From a virus: a stretch of DNA of 64,000 bases. Positions 24,531-34,000 of this stretch are shown here, piece after piece. Positions within the stretch are counted from its first letter, which is position 1; each line of letters starts with the position of its first letter. The DNA is taken from IMG/VR virus record IMGVR_UViG_3300047499_000102, positions 34,011 to 98,010 of that record. One strand, given 5' to 3'. The notes beneath the pieces were generated by a model, which saw nothing but the letters and a program-made list of their open reading frames with translations, searched no databases and had not been told where the DNA came from. Position numbers and translations under genes: made by a program.

Positions 24531-26741
24531 CTACTCCGGCGGCGCGGCGTTCGCAGGCTCTTTGCCGCCTTGCCCTGGCGGAGGAGTGCCCCCGGTAGAC
24601 TGCGCGATGGCGTTGCCGGTGTTGATCGCACGAAGAATCTCGCCGAGGACGCGCGTCTGGTCGTCGGCTGCGCGCTGCGCGGCCTGGAGCTTGAGGGAGT
24701 CCTCGCCCGTTTGCGCGTTCAGGCGCTCGGCTACGGAGCCGCGCGTTTCCATGCCGAACAGCTTCCGCAAGCCATCCTCGTGCTTGCCTTGCTCGCGCGC
24801 CTCCGCGGCCTCTGCCCCTTCGGTCTTCACCTGGGTACCCAACTCCGCGATGGCGGCGTTGCGCTGCGCCCAGTGCTGCTTGGCGACGTCGATGGCCTCC
24901 TGGCTGTAGATCTTCTTCCCTGTCTTCTTGTCGACCTTCGATGTCGACTCCAGCAGGCGCATGTCCTCGTTGACCTGCTTGTCGTTCACGTTGTCGAGCG
25001 TCGCGAGGGCGCCCTCTCGCTTCGCGCCCGTGACCTGCGCGATCAGATTGGCGAAGCTGCTGATACCCTGCTCGATGCCCGGCGCGATCTTCAGGAATGC
25101 GGGAAGGACGGCGGTCGTGATGGAGTCGGCCATCTCGTCGAGCTTGTTGTTCATGATGGCTGCCGCCGACTGGCTGCTCGTTAGCGTGGTCTTGAACGCG
25201 CGCTGAACCTCCTCGGTGTCGAGCATCGCACTCTTGAGGCGATTGAACTCGTCCTCCACCGCCTTGATGCCCGCGTCGCCACCGCCAGCGCGGTTGTAGA
25301 CGGCCTGCCATCCCGTCGCCGCTCGCGCGGCTTGTGCGCTACCGAAGAGCTGTCCAAACGTCGTCTCGTTGGACTTGCCCTGTCCGTTCGCACCCGAAGA
25401 GGCGCGAAGGGCGTTCTTCACGATGGTCAGCGGGTCCATCAACTCGGACCGACTCGCATCGGTGAAGGCTCCGTTGGCGAAGCCATGCGCCTGCCACTGC
25501 TTGACCGTCTTGGGCGTGGCGAGAGCGCGCGCGAAGCTGGAGACGCTCGTCGCCGCCGTCGTGCTGCTTGAGGCGCCGCCTTCGAGCTTCGCCTCCTGGG
25601 CGAAGACACCAAGAGTCGCGATGTTCGCAGCGGCGCCTCCCTTGAAGAAGTTGCCCGACGCGGCCACCTTCGCCATCTGCCGCGCGAGATCCTTGACCTC
25701 GATCGCGCCGAGCTTGCCCTGCCCGGCTATCTGCCGCATGACCTTGTCGACAACCTCCGCCTTGTTCGGCATGTCGCCGAGGTGGTTCGCTACCTCCGCC
25801 GATGCGTCGGCCATGTCCTCAAGGCTTGAGCCCGTCGCCTTCGACAGGATGGCCATGCCCTTGAGGCTCTCCTGTCCGAGCTTCAGGTCGCCCGTCTTGC
25901 CCACGAAGGCCTTCAGGGCGTCGAGCGCGTCCTGCGTCTCGGTGCCCGTCTCCTCGCCGACCTGGCGCGCCTGCTTGAGGATCTCGCCCGGCGCCACCAG
26001 CGCATTGCGCCCCGGGATGTAGCCCGCGTTGGAGATCTTGCGGGCGGTGTCGTTCTGTTCCTGCGACTTGCGGACGTGCGAGGTGAAGTCGGTTTCGACC
26101 CCGATCCCTCGGAGCATGTCCTCGCCGAAACCCTCGGCGGCGTGGATGGCCGCACCGCCGTAGCCGTAGATGGCTGCGGCGCCACGCCCGACCCGGATGC
26201 CCGCGCGGCGTCCGATACCGATGGCGCCGCCATGGCCGGACAGCTTGCCGATGTCCTTGGCGTACCAGGGTGTGGACTTCGCCGCTTTCGCCCGCTCGGC
26301 TTCGATGGCCTTGGCCGCACGCGCCGCGGCGCGGATCTCGGCCGCGGCCTGTTTGGCGGCCTCGCGCCCCGCCATCTCCGACGAGCGGCGGCGGATCGCC
26401 TCGCGGCGTTTCTCCTCCTTCTCGACCTCCGAAGTCTTCTTCTTTTCGGTCGCGATGACCTCGCCGGCGCTCTTCTTGGCGACCGCTGCCGCCTGCTTCT
26501 CGGCCTTCTCGCGGGCCCGCAGGATGCGAGTCGCCTCGCGCTCGAGTTCCTTCTCGACCTTCTCCCACTCGGAGAGCACCGGACGTGCTGAGCGGGCGCC
26601 GGTCTGTCCCGCAGCGTTGAGGTTGCGCTCGATGATCGTTCGCGCTCGCGCGCTTGATCTCTCAAGCGGCTCGAACGCCTTCAGCGCGGCCTGGTCGAGG
26701 TAAGCCCCGACCTTGATCCTCAGCGAGCCGGAGCTGGGCAT
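24531..26741 (-). CDS. Tape measure protein (736 aa)
   Basis: Long Ala/Lys-rich helical protein; QGKLGAIEVKDLA motif; between chaperones and gpN-like gene. Confidence 0.85.
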   Translation of the reverse strand: MPSSGSLRIKVGAYLDQAALKAFEPLERSSARARTIIERNLNAAGQTGARSARPVLSEWEKVEKELEREATRILRAREKAEKQAAAVAKKSAGEVIATEKKKTSEVEKEEKRREAIRRRSSEMAGREAAKQAAAEIRAAARAAKAIEAERAKAAKSTPWYAKDIGKLSGHGGAIGIGRRAGIRVGRGAAAIYGYGGAAIHAAEGFGEDMLRGIGVETDFTSHVRKSQEQNDTARKISNAGYIPGRNALVAPGEILKQARQVGEETGTETQDALDALKAFVGKTGDLKLGQESLKGMAILSKATGSSLEDMADASAEVANHLGDMPNKAEVVDKVMRQIAGQGKLGAIEVKDLARQMAKVAASGNFFKGGAAANIATLGVFAQEAKLEGGASSSTTAATSVSSFARALATPKTVKQWQAHGFANGAFTDASRSELMDPLTIVKNALRASSGANGQGKSNETTFGQLFGSAQAARAATGWQAVYNRAGGGDAGIKAVEDEFNRLKSAMLDTEEVQRAFKTTLTSSQSAAAIMNNKLDEMADSITTAVLPAFLKIAPGIEQGISSFANLIAQVTGAKREGALATLDNVNDKQVNEDMRLLESTSKVDKKTGKKIYSQEAIDVAKQHWAQRNAAIAELGTQVKTEGAEAAEAREQGKHEDGLRKLFGMETRGSVAERLNAQTGEDSLKLQAAQRAADDQTRVLGEILRAINTGNAIAQSTGGTPPPGQGGKEPANAAPPE

Positions 26742-26744
26742 GGG

Positions 26745-27413
26745 CTACCCGGAGCGCGCGACGTGCACGCTTTCAACACCGCTGCCAGCGACGCCCTCGT
26801 CCATCAACTCGAGCAGGATGTTGTCCATCGCAATCTCTTCCTCGTCGGGCGTGTCGGGCATTGCCTCCTGAAGGTTCGAGAGTAGGTAGGCGCATAGGTG
26901 TCGCCCCTCGGTCGTGATGATGCGGCGTCCCAGATCGCTGCGTAGGCAGCGCGCGAGCAGCTTCAACTCCTCGTCAGAGGCCACGACCATCGTGCTGCGG
27001 GCGCCGCGCTGCATGATCGTGTACTCCGACCAGAGCCATCGGAGGCTCTCGCTCGTGAGCGCGTCTCGAATGGTCACCGTGGCGTTGTCGAAGTACGGCT
27101 CGCCGACGTTGTTCGGGTTGCACGCGGCTCGAGCCAAGGCCTCGCATAGCAGGACCTCGTTGTAGGTCTCGATGCCGATCTCCTCGATGAAGGCGTCGGC
27201 GCCGCCATGCTTCGGCTGCTCCTCGTAGAAGCCGGTGGCCTCTCGCTTCGCTTCGACCCGGCAGTCCTTGAGCTCTGCGATCGACAGAGGGCGCAGACCC
27301 ATGGCGACATCGACGGCGGGTCGATCCTTCCAGGTAGGCTCCCACGCGTCGACGGGCACCTTGACCACGCGCGGCGGGGTGAGCTTCTTCTTGACCTGCG
27401 CGAACGCGGTCAC
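26745..27413 (-). CDS. Tail assembly chaperone-like protein 2
   Basis: Precedes tape measure; resembles upstream gene (RPLS..E, Y...E.L..A..NP....P.F). Confidence 0.55.
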   Translation of the reverse strand: MTAFAQVKKKLTPPRVVKVPVDAWEPTWKDRPAVDVAMGLRPLSIAELKDCRVEAKREATGFYEEQPKHGGADAFIEEIGIETYNEVLLCEALARAACNPNNVGEPYFDNATVTIRDALTSESLRWLWSEYTIMQRGARSTMVVASDEELKLLARCLRSDLGRRIITTEGRHLCAYLLSNLQEAMPDTPDEEEIAMDNILLELMDEGVAGSGVESVHVARSG

Positions 27414-28048
27414 GAGACCGCCTCGCTATCCGCCTTCGTCCTCTGCAGCACTTCCTCCAGGGACGTCCGTATCCGCCTCACCAACTCGTCGGCGGGCAAC
27501 GCCGTATCCGAGGAGATGAGCGAACGCCACAGCTTGTAGCCGGGTGAGTTGCACAGCAGGACAGCCGTAAAACGCTGCAGCAGCCATCGCATGCTTGGCG
27601 AGAAACGGGCGAAGGCGAAAGGGTCCCCGCGTTCGCACACCTCCTCGGCATGCTTGAAGAGATCCTTGGTGCTCACCTCGTGGATGCTGGGCGAGCATTC
27701 TTGCTGCCACATCGCTTGCTGTTCGCAGAGGATGGCGACGGTGTCCTGATCCAGTTGCAGGACCTCCTTCGTGTCGGCGAACGTCGGCGTGCGAGCGCCC
27801 TCGGGAGAGTCTGGATCGAGGCATGCGAGGAGCAGCGTCTCGGCCTGTGCGTGGGCCTCGTAGATGGGATCACCGGGCCTGGGCTCGCGCACGCCTTCCT
27901 TCTGCGCGATCTTCACGGCGCGCGCGATGATGCCGATCTCCTCCTCGAAGCTGAGGGGACAGAGCAGCACCGGGATGGACTTGCCGCCGTAGGAGAACGC
28001 CGACGCCTTCTCGGCTTTCGTGCCCTTGGCGACGTCGGAGAACTTCAT
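27410..28048 (-). CDS. Tail assembly chaperone-like protein 1
   Basis: Follows the tube gene; PLS.EEE, Y......ETL..ACLDP...PTF...Q..CSP. Confidence 0.6.
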   Translation of the reverse strand: MKFSDVAKGTKAEKASAFSYGGKSIPVLLCPLSFEEEIGIIARAVKIAQKEGVREPRPGDPIYEAHAQAETLLLACLDPDSPEGARTPTFADTKEVLQLDQDTVAILCEQQAMWQQECSPSIHEVSTKDLFKHAEEVCERGDPFAFARFSPSMRWLLQRFTAVLLCNSPGYKLWRSLISSDTALPADELVRRIRTSLEEVLQRTKADSEAVS

Positions 28049-28200
28049 GCAGCCTCAAGGAAGGTGACGTGGAGACGGGCGCCATTCGGGTCCCGCACGT
28101 CGTTCCACTCGGTGATGTGCGCCTTGATGGAGCCCACGTTCGGGCTCGCCAGCTTGGCTTCGGTCTCGTTGGCGAACGTGAGAGACGTGGCGACCATCAT
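28045..28200 (-). CDS. Small hypothetical protein (51 aa)
   Basis: MMVATSLTFANETEAKLASPNVGSIKAHITEWNDVRDPNGARLHVTFLEAA; ATGA-coupled at both ends; below the ORF-track cutoff. Confidence 0.5.
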   Translation of the reverse strand: MMVATSLTFANETEAKLASPNVGSIKAHITEWNDVRDPNGARLHVTFLEAA

Positions 28201-28571
28201 GTCCTCTTCGTCTCACCGCCGCCGAACTCGAAGTTGCCCTCGAGGCGGCCTGTCTTCTGGTCGGTGTCGTACTCCGCCTTGATGGTGCGGAAGGTGGCGG
28301 TGTAGATGTTCGGGCCGATGGGGATGGCAACGTCGATGTCCTGCTTACCGATGAGCAGGTTCGGCAAATCCACGTCCATCTGGGTCGTCGCGGGCTGGAT
28401 CGCTGTGCAGGTCAGCATCGTCTGCGAGGCTCCGTCGGAGTAGCCAAGTAGCCCCCCGTCGCCGAACTGCGGCTCGTCGCCGCTCTGCAGGGTGAACTTC
28501 GCCTGGTGCATCTGCCCCAGCTTCTTCCCGTTGATGTAGATCGAGAACGGACGGATGCGAACGTTGGCCAT
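28197..28571 (-). CDS. Tail tube protein
   Basis: 124-aa beta-rich protein (IYINGKKLG...G..GYSDG...F.F.GG) downstream of the sheath. Confidence 0.75.
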   Translation of the reverse strand: MANVRIRPFSIYINGKKLGQMHQAKFTLQSGDEPQFGDGGLLGYSDGASQTMLTCTAIQPATTQMDVDLPNLLIGKQDIDVAIPIGPNIYTATFRTIKAEYDTDQKTGRLEGNFEFGGGETKRT

Positions 28572-28753
28572 GGCGGCGGGCTCCGGTGGGTAGGTGGGAC
28601 GCAACGCAGATCACCCCGTTCAGCCGGGAGACCGGCATACGGGGGAGGCCATCGTGCCGATCCTCGAAGCGCAGCGACGGCTCCCAGCGAGCGCCCACCA
28701 TGGGGGGACGCGCGAGAGCCTCGCCTCTTGGCGCGAGGACGGGCAGTGGTTCT

Positions 28754-28957
28754 TCAGTGAGAGCGGCCGCGGCGCACTTCGCGCTGGGCGTCACGGAGCA
28801 ACTGGGCCTCACGCTGGGCGCGCTGGCGTCCGAGCGCCGCCGGGATGGCGTCGCCGGGGCCCGCGATGGCCACGGCCTTTGTCGGCTGCCCATGGGCGTT
28901 GTAGTCGAGGAGCCGCACAAGCATGCGGCTCGGTGGGTGCCATGCGTACAACACCAT
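28754..28957 (-). CDS. Hypothetical protein
   Basis: TGATG-coupled ORF between sheath and tube. Confidence 0.45.
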   Translation of the reverse strand: MVLYAWHPPSRMLVRLLDYNAHGQPTKAVAIAGPGDAIPAALGRQRAQREAQLLRDAQREVRRGRSH

Positions 28958-29283
28958 CAGGACTCCGTGGCGGGAGGGGGAGGCAGCAACTTCGCGAGCC
29001 GCTCGACAGCGTCGGCGTCGGCCGCCTCGTCCTTCTCCCGAAGGCCCATGCGCCGTTCGATGATGGCGAGCCGCCAGCCGAGGGCATCCACGCGTGGGTC
29101 CGAGGTGAGCTTGTTGCTGCCCGGCGAGACCTTGCTCCAGAAGGAACTGGAGCGGTCGATCTCGATGCTCACCTCGGCCGACGCGTGCTCGTGCGCCCCG
29201 TCGACGCTGTCCCGAACAACCATTCGAGTTGCCCGATGCAACTCGAAGGTCATGCGAGGCCCGTGGCAGCGAATGACCGCCAT
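28957..29283 (-). CDS. Hypothetical protein
   Basis: TGATG overlap with sheath stop; MAVIRCHGPRMTFELH... Confidence 0.55.
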   Translation of the reverse strand: MAVIRCHGPRMTFELHRATRMVVRDSVDGAHEHASAEVSIEIDRSSSFWSKVSPGSNKLTSDPRVDALGWRLAIIERRMGLREKDEAADADAVERLAKLLPPPPATES

Positions 29284-31040
29284 CAGGCCGCCTGCCGGAC
29301 GCTGATGCCCAGCTGCGCGTCGTTCGCCTTCACGCGGACGTTGGCGGTGACCATGATGCGCTTGGCGACGTTGTCGTATACCGCCTGGACGTCGCCGACC
29401 TGCGGAGCATCGACGATGGGCGCAACGCTGCCGCCCGTCGAGTTCGGCGTGGCCGAGGATGGGCCGAGGATTCCCCTGGAGTAGTCGACCAGGCGGGAGA
29501 AGAAGATGTTCTGTACGCGCTGCGGGTAGAGGACGCCGGCGGGCGGCTCCTTCTCGCCCGCCGAGATGTTCGGGTTGTCCTGCACGCGCGGGTTGTTCGG
29601 CGCGAGGAACGAGTTGTAGTAGAGGCGCCAGTCGGTGAGGACGAAGTCGGGGACCGATGCCTGACCCGTGTCGAAGGTGGCATAGTTCGGGCTGCCGCCG
29701 GTGAGCGACAGCGTGGTGATCGACCGCACCACGTTCATGAAGTTGTCGCCCCGGTTCGTGCTCATCACGGTCACCGAGTTGTTCAGCGCCGAGATCTTGG
29801 TCGACAAGGTCGGCCAGTCGGGCGACTGCGACTGCGGCGCCACCGTGAGCAGCGGGAAGTTGTTGTAGGCGGCGTCCGGGTCCTGCTGCTCGCTCAGCGC
29901 GCGCTGCGCAGCCATGGCTGCTGCGATGCGCGAGGGGTGCGTTTCGCAGTTGAGCGCCCACAGGTGCTGGAAGCGGGCGTTGTTCAGGTTCGTCTGGGCG
30001 ATGGTCGTGGCCGCGGTCAACGTGCCGTTGCTCGCCGTGACCACGTGCTGGAGCAGATCGAAAGGCGCTGCGGCTTGCTGCGTGATCTGCGTAACCCAGA
30101 GTCCGAGACTCGTGGAGTCGTTCGCCGCCAAGGCGATCCGGTTGTACTGGGTGTTGACGATCGTACCGAGGAGGTTCGTGTACGTCTCCAGTCCAGTGGC
30201 GTTGCCCAGCCCGATGCCGATGACGTTGCTCGTCGAGGTGACAGTGACACCCCAGCACGTCCAAACGGCGCTACCGTCGGTGACGGTGCTGCCGATCGTC
30301 GTGGGCCAGGTGGGAGCGGTCGCGCCCGATGTCCCCGCGGTCGTGCACTTGTAGTAGTACCCGGTCGCCGCGACGGGAACCACGGTCTGGCCGGAGGTGT
30401 ACGCGGTCGACACTGCGGCCGTCGTGTACCACGTGGCCGTGAGCCCAGACGGGATCTGGGTGTTGTCCACGAAGACGATGTGCTGCATGCCACGCACGCC
30501 CGCGGTGCGGCACGTGACCGTGACCACGCCCGCTACCGCCGTCGCAGTGCACGGCAGGCGGCCGCCGTTGTAGCCGGCGATCGCCGCGGCGATGTTCGTC
30601 GCAACGGTCGACACGGAGTCGGTCGCGCCGACGGTGACAGGAACGGACACGCCAGCCACGCGCACGGTGATCTGGCCTGCGTTGGTCCATGTGCCAGCGA
30701 TGGTGAGGTAGCCGGCCGCCGACGTCGCTCCGACCGCGGGCAGCGGCGAGGCGTAGTACAGCGGGACGCCCGCGTTGCCTGCGATGGTCAGCGCGTCGTA
30801 AAGCATGCACGCGCCTTCGCCGCCAGCGCCCGCGTACGTGTCGGCGTCCGCCTGCGAACGGATCGGCTGCACCATGGTGTCGGCCGTGATGGTGCCCGCG
30901 GCGAGCTTCAGCCCGACCACGAGCAGCAGAAGAGGCAGGCTTGCTGCGGTCTGGCCGGCGGTGCCGAAGAGCACCTCACCGAATGCGCCGGGGACGCGGT
31001 TGCTGCTCGGAAAGCCGGCAATGATCGGAACTAGGGCCAT
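29283..31040 (-). CDS. Tail sheath protein (Mu gpL-like) with inserted CBM-like module
   Basis: NRVPG.F.EV, LL.VG.KL, I.S..DA....G.G.E...M, A.AI, LP.TA......VT.T....G..G, VRSITT motifs. Confidence 0.9.
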   Translation of the reverse strand: MALVPIIAGFPSSNRVPGAFGEVLFGTAGQTAASLPLLLLVVGLKLAAGTITADTMVQPIRSQADADTYAGAGGEGACMLYDALTIAGNAGVPLYYASPLPAVGATSAAGYLTIAGTWTNAGQITVRVAGVSVPVTVGATDSVSTVATNIAAAIAGYNGGRLPCTATAVAGVVTVTCRTAGVRGMQHIVFVDNTQIPSGLTATWYTTAAVSTAYTSGQTVVPVAATGYYYKCTTAGTSGATAPTWPTTIGSTVTDGSAVWTCWGVTVTSTSNVIGIGLGNATGLETYTNLLGTIVNTQYNRIALAANDSTSLGLWVTQITQQAAAPFDLLQHVVTASNGTLTAATTIAQTNLNNARFQHLWALNCETHPSRIAAAMAAQRALSEQQDPDAAYNNFPLLTVAPQSQSPDWPTLSTKISALNNSVTVMSTNRGDNFMNVVRSITTLSLTGGSPNYATFDTGQASVPDFVLTDWRLYYNSFLAPNNPRVQDNPNISAGEKEPPAGVLYPQRVQNIFFSRLVDYSRGILGPSSATPNSTGGSVAPIVDAPQVGDVQAVYDNVAKRIMVTANVRVKANDAQLGISVRQAA

Positions 31041-31061
31041 GGGTTGCTGGTCTCCTGCAGG

Positions 31062-31757
31062 CTAGGCGTGGGGGGCGACTTCGTGGGCGGCTTTGGCGAC
31101 GCGAGCGGCTGCCTCTTTGGCGCGCAGCTGCTCGGCCTCTTGCTCGGCCTTGGCGCGTGCCTGGAGGTGCTTCTCCTTGTGCGGCGCGAGCACCGCGGCC
31201 CACTTGGGCTCGGGCGAAACGGGTGGCTCGGGCAGATCGCCCGCGCCAATCTCGACCGGCACCTCGGGCTCCTCGCCCTCCTCGCCAGAGATCACGGGCG
31301 GCGCCGGCGGCGGCTCGAGCTCGCCGAAGTGCGCGGGCAGCAGGTCGCCGTGCTCGATCGACTTCTGGGCGATGTACGCATGAGGATGCACGAAGCCCTT
31401 CTTGGAGCCGAAGGCGTAGGCGTGGGTGTCCTCGTCCGCTGCGAGAAGCTCACGGGAGAGGAGTGCGCGGCGGTAGTATTCGCTGCGGTTGACCGTCTGC
31501 ACCTCGTGCGTGAACTCGAAGGCGCGGATGTGCACGGACGGCATGCGCGATCTGTCATCGCCCTCGGAGACCAAGGCGACGACGCGCTTGGCGCCGACAT
31601 GGCGCACCTGCTCGTCGCCGAAGACGCGATCGGGCTCGTGGGGGAACGCTCCGAGGCAGCGCAGCTCGCCCTCGTCGCCGTCCTCGACCAACTGCACGAC
31701 CGCGAAGGGGTTGCACGTGACCTTCAGCGTCCGAGTCTTCTTCTTCAGAGTCGCCAT
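31062..31757 (-). CDS. Hypothetical protein upstream of sheath (Mu gp38-like position)
   Basis: V..SEYYRRAL...EL..AD motif; SD AGGA. Confidence 0.55.
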   Translation of the reverse strand: MATLKKKTRTLKVTCNPFAVVQLVEDGDEGELRCLGAFPHEPDRVFGDEQVRHVGAKRVVALVSEGDDRSRMPSVHIRAFEFTHEVQTVNRSEYYRRALLSRELLAADEDTHAYAFGSKKGFVHPHAYIAQKSIEHGDLLPAHFGELEPPPAPPVISGEEGEEPEVPVEIGAGDLPEPPVSPEPKWAAVLAPHKEKHLQARAKAEQEAEQLRAKEAAARVAKAAHEVAPHA

Positions 31758-31809
31758 CGCTCGGGGTGCTTTCCTTGAAGGATGAGGGAGAGGGGGGGGT
31801 GGAGAGCCC

Positions 31810-32796
31810 CTACAGGGGCCCGGAGTCGGTGACGTTTCCGTTGGGCGCCATCGTGCCGGTGCACGTCCACACGACGCTTCCGTCCTGCACGGTCTGGCCG
31901 ATCGTGGTGGGCCACAAGGGCTGCACGTTCGCGCTCGTGCCAGCGGTCGTGCACGTGTACACGTAGCCGTTGCCGGCTTGGATCTGATAGCCGACGCCCT
32001 GGGGCGGGAAGACCATCGCGTTGATGGCATAGGCGACGTTGGCCGACCACTCGCTGCTGCCCGAGGCGTCGTACAGCGTGGCGCTACCGCTGGTCATCAC
32101 GAAGAACCGGGTGATGCCGCGGATCTGGTTCTCCTCGAGGTCGAAGCTCATCTCGACCGCCGGGTAAGCGATCGACTCTTGCGGCCCCTTTGGCACGAGC
32201 AACTTGCTTCGCTTGAAGCTTCGAAGCGTGAAAGACTCGAACCCCGCGAACGGGTAGAAGACCGAGCCCTCGTACTGGGCTCGCGCCTCGGTGTCGGTCG
32301 GCTGCAGCCAACTCGGTGTGCGCCCGCGCTCGATGGCGTTCACGATGCCCTCGATGAGGGCGTGCATGAACGGCTCTCGCGTCTTCTGCTGCGACTGCCC
32401 ACCGAGAGGCAACACCCAAAGGCCCGTGACCTTCGATGTGTCTCGGTTCCATTCGTCGGCGGCGTAGGCGAGCGAACCCGTTTCCCGCCAGAGGTAGAGC
32501 GCCGGCAGGTAGCTGACCTGGAAGACGTTCTCGCCAGGGTTGTGAGCGAACACGCGCTTGAGGACCAGATCGCTCGCGAGACTCTGCACGTCCTGCCACG
32601 CCGGCTCGAGGATGCCGTCGACGTTGATGGCGGTCGCTAGGAAGTCGAGGATGACAGCGAGGCACGGGTCAGAAGCTGCGATGCGTGCTGGCTCAACCCA
32701 CATCGCCTGGGCGATCGGCGTGAAGCTGTATCCGGGCTGCGTCGGGATGCTGAGAGCGCCCCATGTGTCTTGAGCGATGGGGACGGGGTTGGTCAT
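31810..32796 (-). CDS. Tail completion/terminator-like protein with C-terminal CBM-like module
   Basis: Precedes the sheath; LPALYLWR; C-terminal GYVYTCTTAGTS...WPTTIGQTVQDGSVVWTC. Confidence 0.6.
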   Translation of the reverse strand: MTNPVPIAQDTWGALSIPTQPGYSFTPIAQAMWVEPARIAASDPCLAVILDFLATAINVDGILEPAWQDVQSLASDLVLKRVFAHNPGENVFQVSYLPALYLWRETGSLAYAADEWNRDTSKVTGLWVLPLGGQSQQKTREPFMHALIEGIVNAIERGRTPSWLQPTDTEARAQYEGSVFYPFAGFESFTLRSFKRSKLLVPKGPQESIAYPAVEMSFDLEENQIRGITRFFVMTSGSATLYDASGSSEWSANVAYAINAMVFPPQGVGYQIQAGNGYVYTCTTAGTSANVQPLWPTTIGQTVQDGSVVWTCTGTMAPNGNVTDSGPL

Positions 32797-33266
32797 CGTT
32801 CGAAGGCCGCTTGCGCGCGTTCAGCGGCGAGCCAGACTTCCCTCTCCAACACCCTCTCGGCTTTGAGGTAGGCGGGGCCCATGAACGGCAATGGCTGGGT
32901 GCCAGGGTGCTGCACGCTGCGCGCGAAGTGCCAGTCGCCCTGGCCACCTTCTCCCTCCCACGCGAGCATTCGCGCTCGTCGCGGCACGATATGGTGCGGC
33001 TTCGTGCCGCCCTCGACGAACTTGGCGTAAGGCGCGGTCGCCTCGATGACACCTTCGGCGCCCAGGGCCCCGATACTCGTGAGGCGATCGCCGATCGACT
33101 TGGTCAGCGTGCCCGTGCGGTCCTTGTAGAGGTGCGTGCGGCGGGCCTCGTCGGCGCCTTCTTCGCATGCCTTGTCGACGGCGCCGCGGATGCCGTAGAC
33201 CAGCAGCTGGCACGCGTGTCCGAAGTCCTCGCGGAGGGTCGATTCGAGGGTGACTTGGTAGGGCAT
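32793..33266 (-). CDS. HK97 gp10-like tail/neck protein
   Basis: DRTG.L..SI, APYA.FVE.GT.PH.I.P, V.HPGT.P.PFM.PA. Confidence 0.85.
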   Translation of the reverse strand: MPYQVTLESTLREDFGHACQLLVYGIRGAVDKACEEGADEARRTHLYKDRTGTLTKSIGDRLTSIGALGAEGVIEATAPYAKFVEGGTKPHHIVPRRARMLAWEGEGGQGDWHFARSVQHPGTQPLPFMGPAYLKAERVLEREVWLAAERAQAAFER

Positions 33267-33272
33267 GAGCTT

Positions 33273-33506
33273 TCAGCGCTCCCGGAATCGCACGATGCTG
33301 CCGTCGCGCCGGAGCACGGTGATGAGCGTCGACGTCTTCGGCTTGCCCATCGCCTTGGTGTGCCAGCTGTTGAGGATGGCCTGACGCTTCGAGCATCCGC
33401 CGCACGGCGCGATACCCAAGGCCTTGGTCCCTTGAGCGACCACGTCGCCAATGGGCATGCCGAAGAAGCCGTGCAGCCAGATGAGCAACCAGCGAACGAA
33501 CCGCAT
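33273..33506 (-). CDS. Small Cys-containing phage protein
   Basis: IGDVVA..TKALGI.PCGGC.KRQ..LN; TGATG coupling. Confidence 0.6.
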   Translation of the reverse strand: MRFVRWLLIWLHGFFGMPIGDVVAQGTKALGIAPCGGCSKRQAILNSWHTKAMGKPKTSTLITVLRRDGSIVRFRER

Positions 33507-33988
33507 CAGTAGTCGCCTGAGTTGGTCGTCCCGTCGGCGTTGTCGACGTAGATGCGCGCTCCGTTGTCGACGGTCGCGCCACCCACGGCGGTCGTTGGCT
33601 GCGTCGTCTGAGCCGGCCGCTGGCGTGCATCGAGGATGCGCTCCATGCGCTCCTCGCACTTCTTTAGGCGATCTTGCTGCGCTGTCGCGCTCGTGCGGAG
33701 GTACTCCGGGTGCCGGTCGAAGACGAAGTACTTGGCGTACTCCAGCGCGGCCGACCGCAAGAAGTAGTCGGCGCCCAGCGCCGCCAGGGTCTGGGCCGAG
33801 AAGGGCGGGGGACCGTAGTCCCCCAGCCACGACATGACCTCGACCTCGGCCTGCTTGATGATCGAGGCCAGCGCGCTCGCCTCGAAATTGCCATTGCCGT
33901 CGTCGAAGCAAGCGAGGAGCGTGGCGCGGTTGATGGCGTCCTCGATGTCCTTCTCCGTGAGCCAGATCGGGGTCCAGGTCGCCGCCAC
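33506..33988 (-). CDS. Head-tail adaptor (Mu gp36/DUF1320-like)
   Basis: T..DI...I....L....DD..G.......L...I..AE.EV..WL...Y..P pattern. Confidence 0.75.
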   Translation of the reverse strand: MAATWTPIWLTEKDIEDAINRATLLACFDDGNGNFEASALASIIKQAEVEVMSWLGDYGPPPFSAQTLAALGADYFLRSAALEYAKYFVFDRHPEYLRTSATAQQDRLKKCEERMERILDARQRPAQTTQPTTAVGGATVDNGARIYVDNADGTTNSGDY

Positions 33989-34000
33989 CGACTGCGCCCC

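Noticed and set aside
31792-31799. Poly-G tract as a phase-variation switch
   Set aside because: Only 8 G, intergenic, and unremarkable at this GC content.
17431-32796. Headless contractile injection system or tailocin
   Set aside because: Terminase, portal, protease and capsid genes are present and intact in the same operon.
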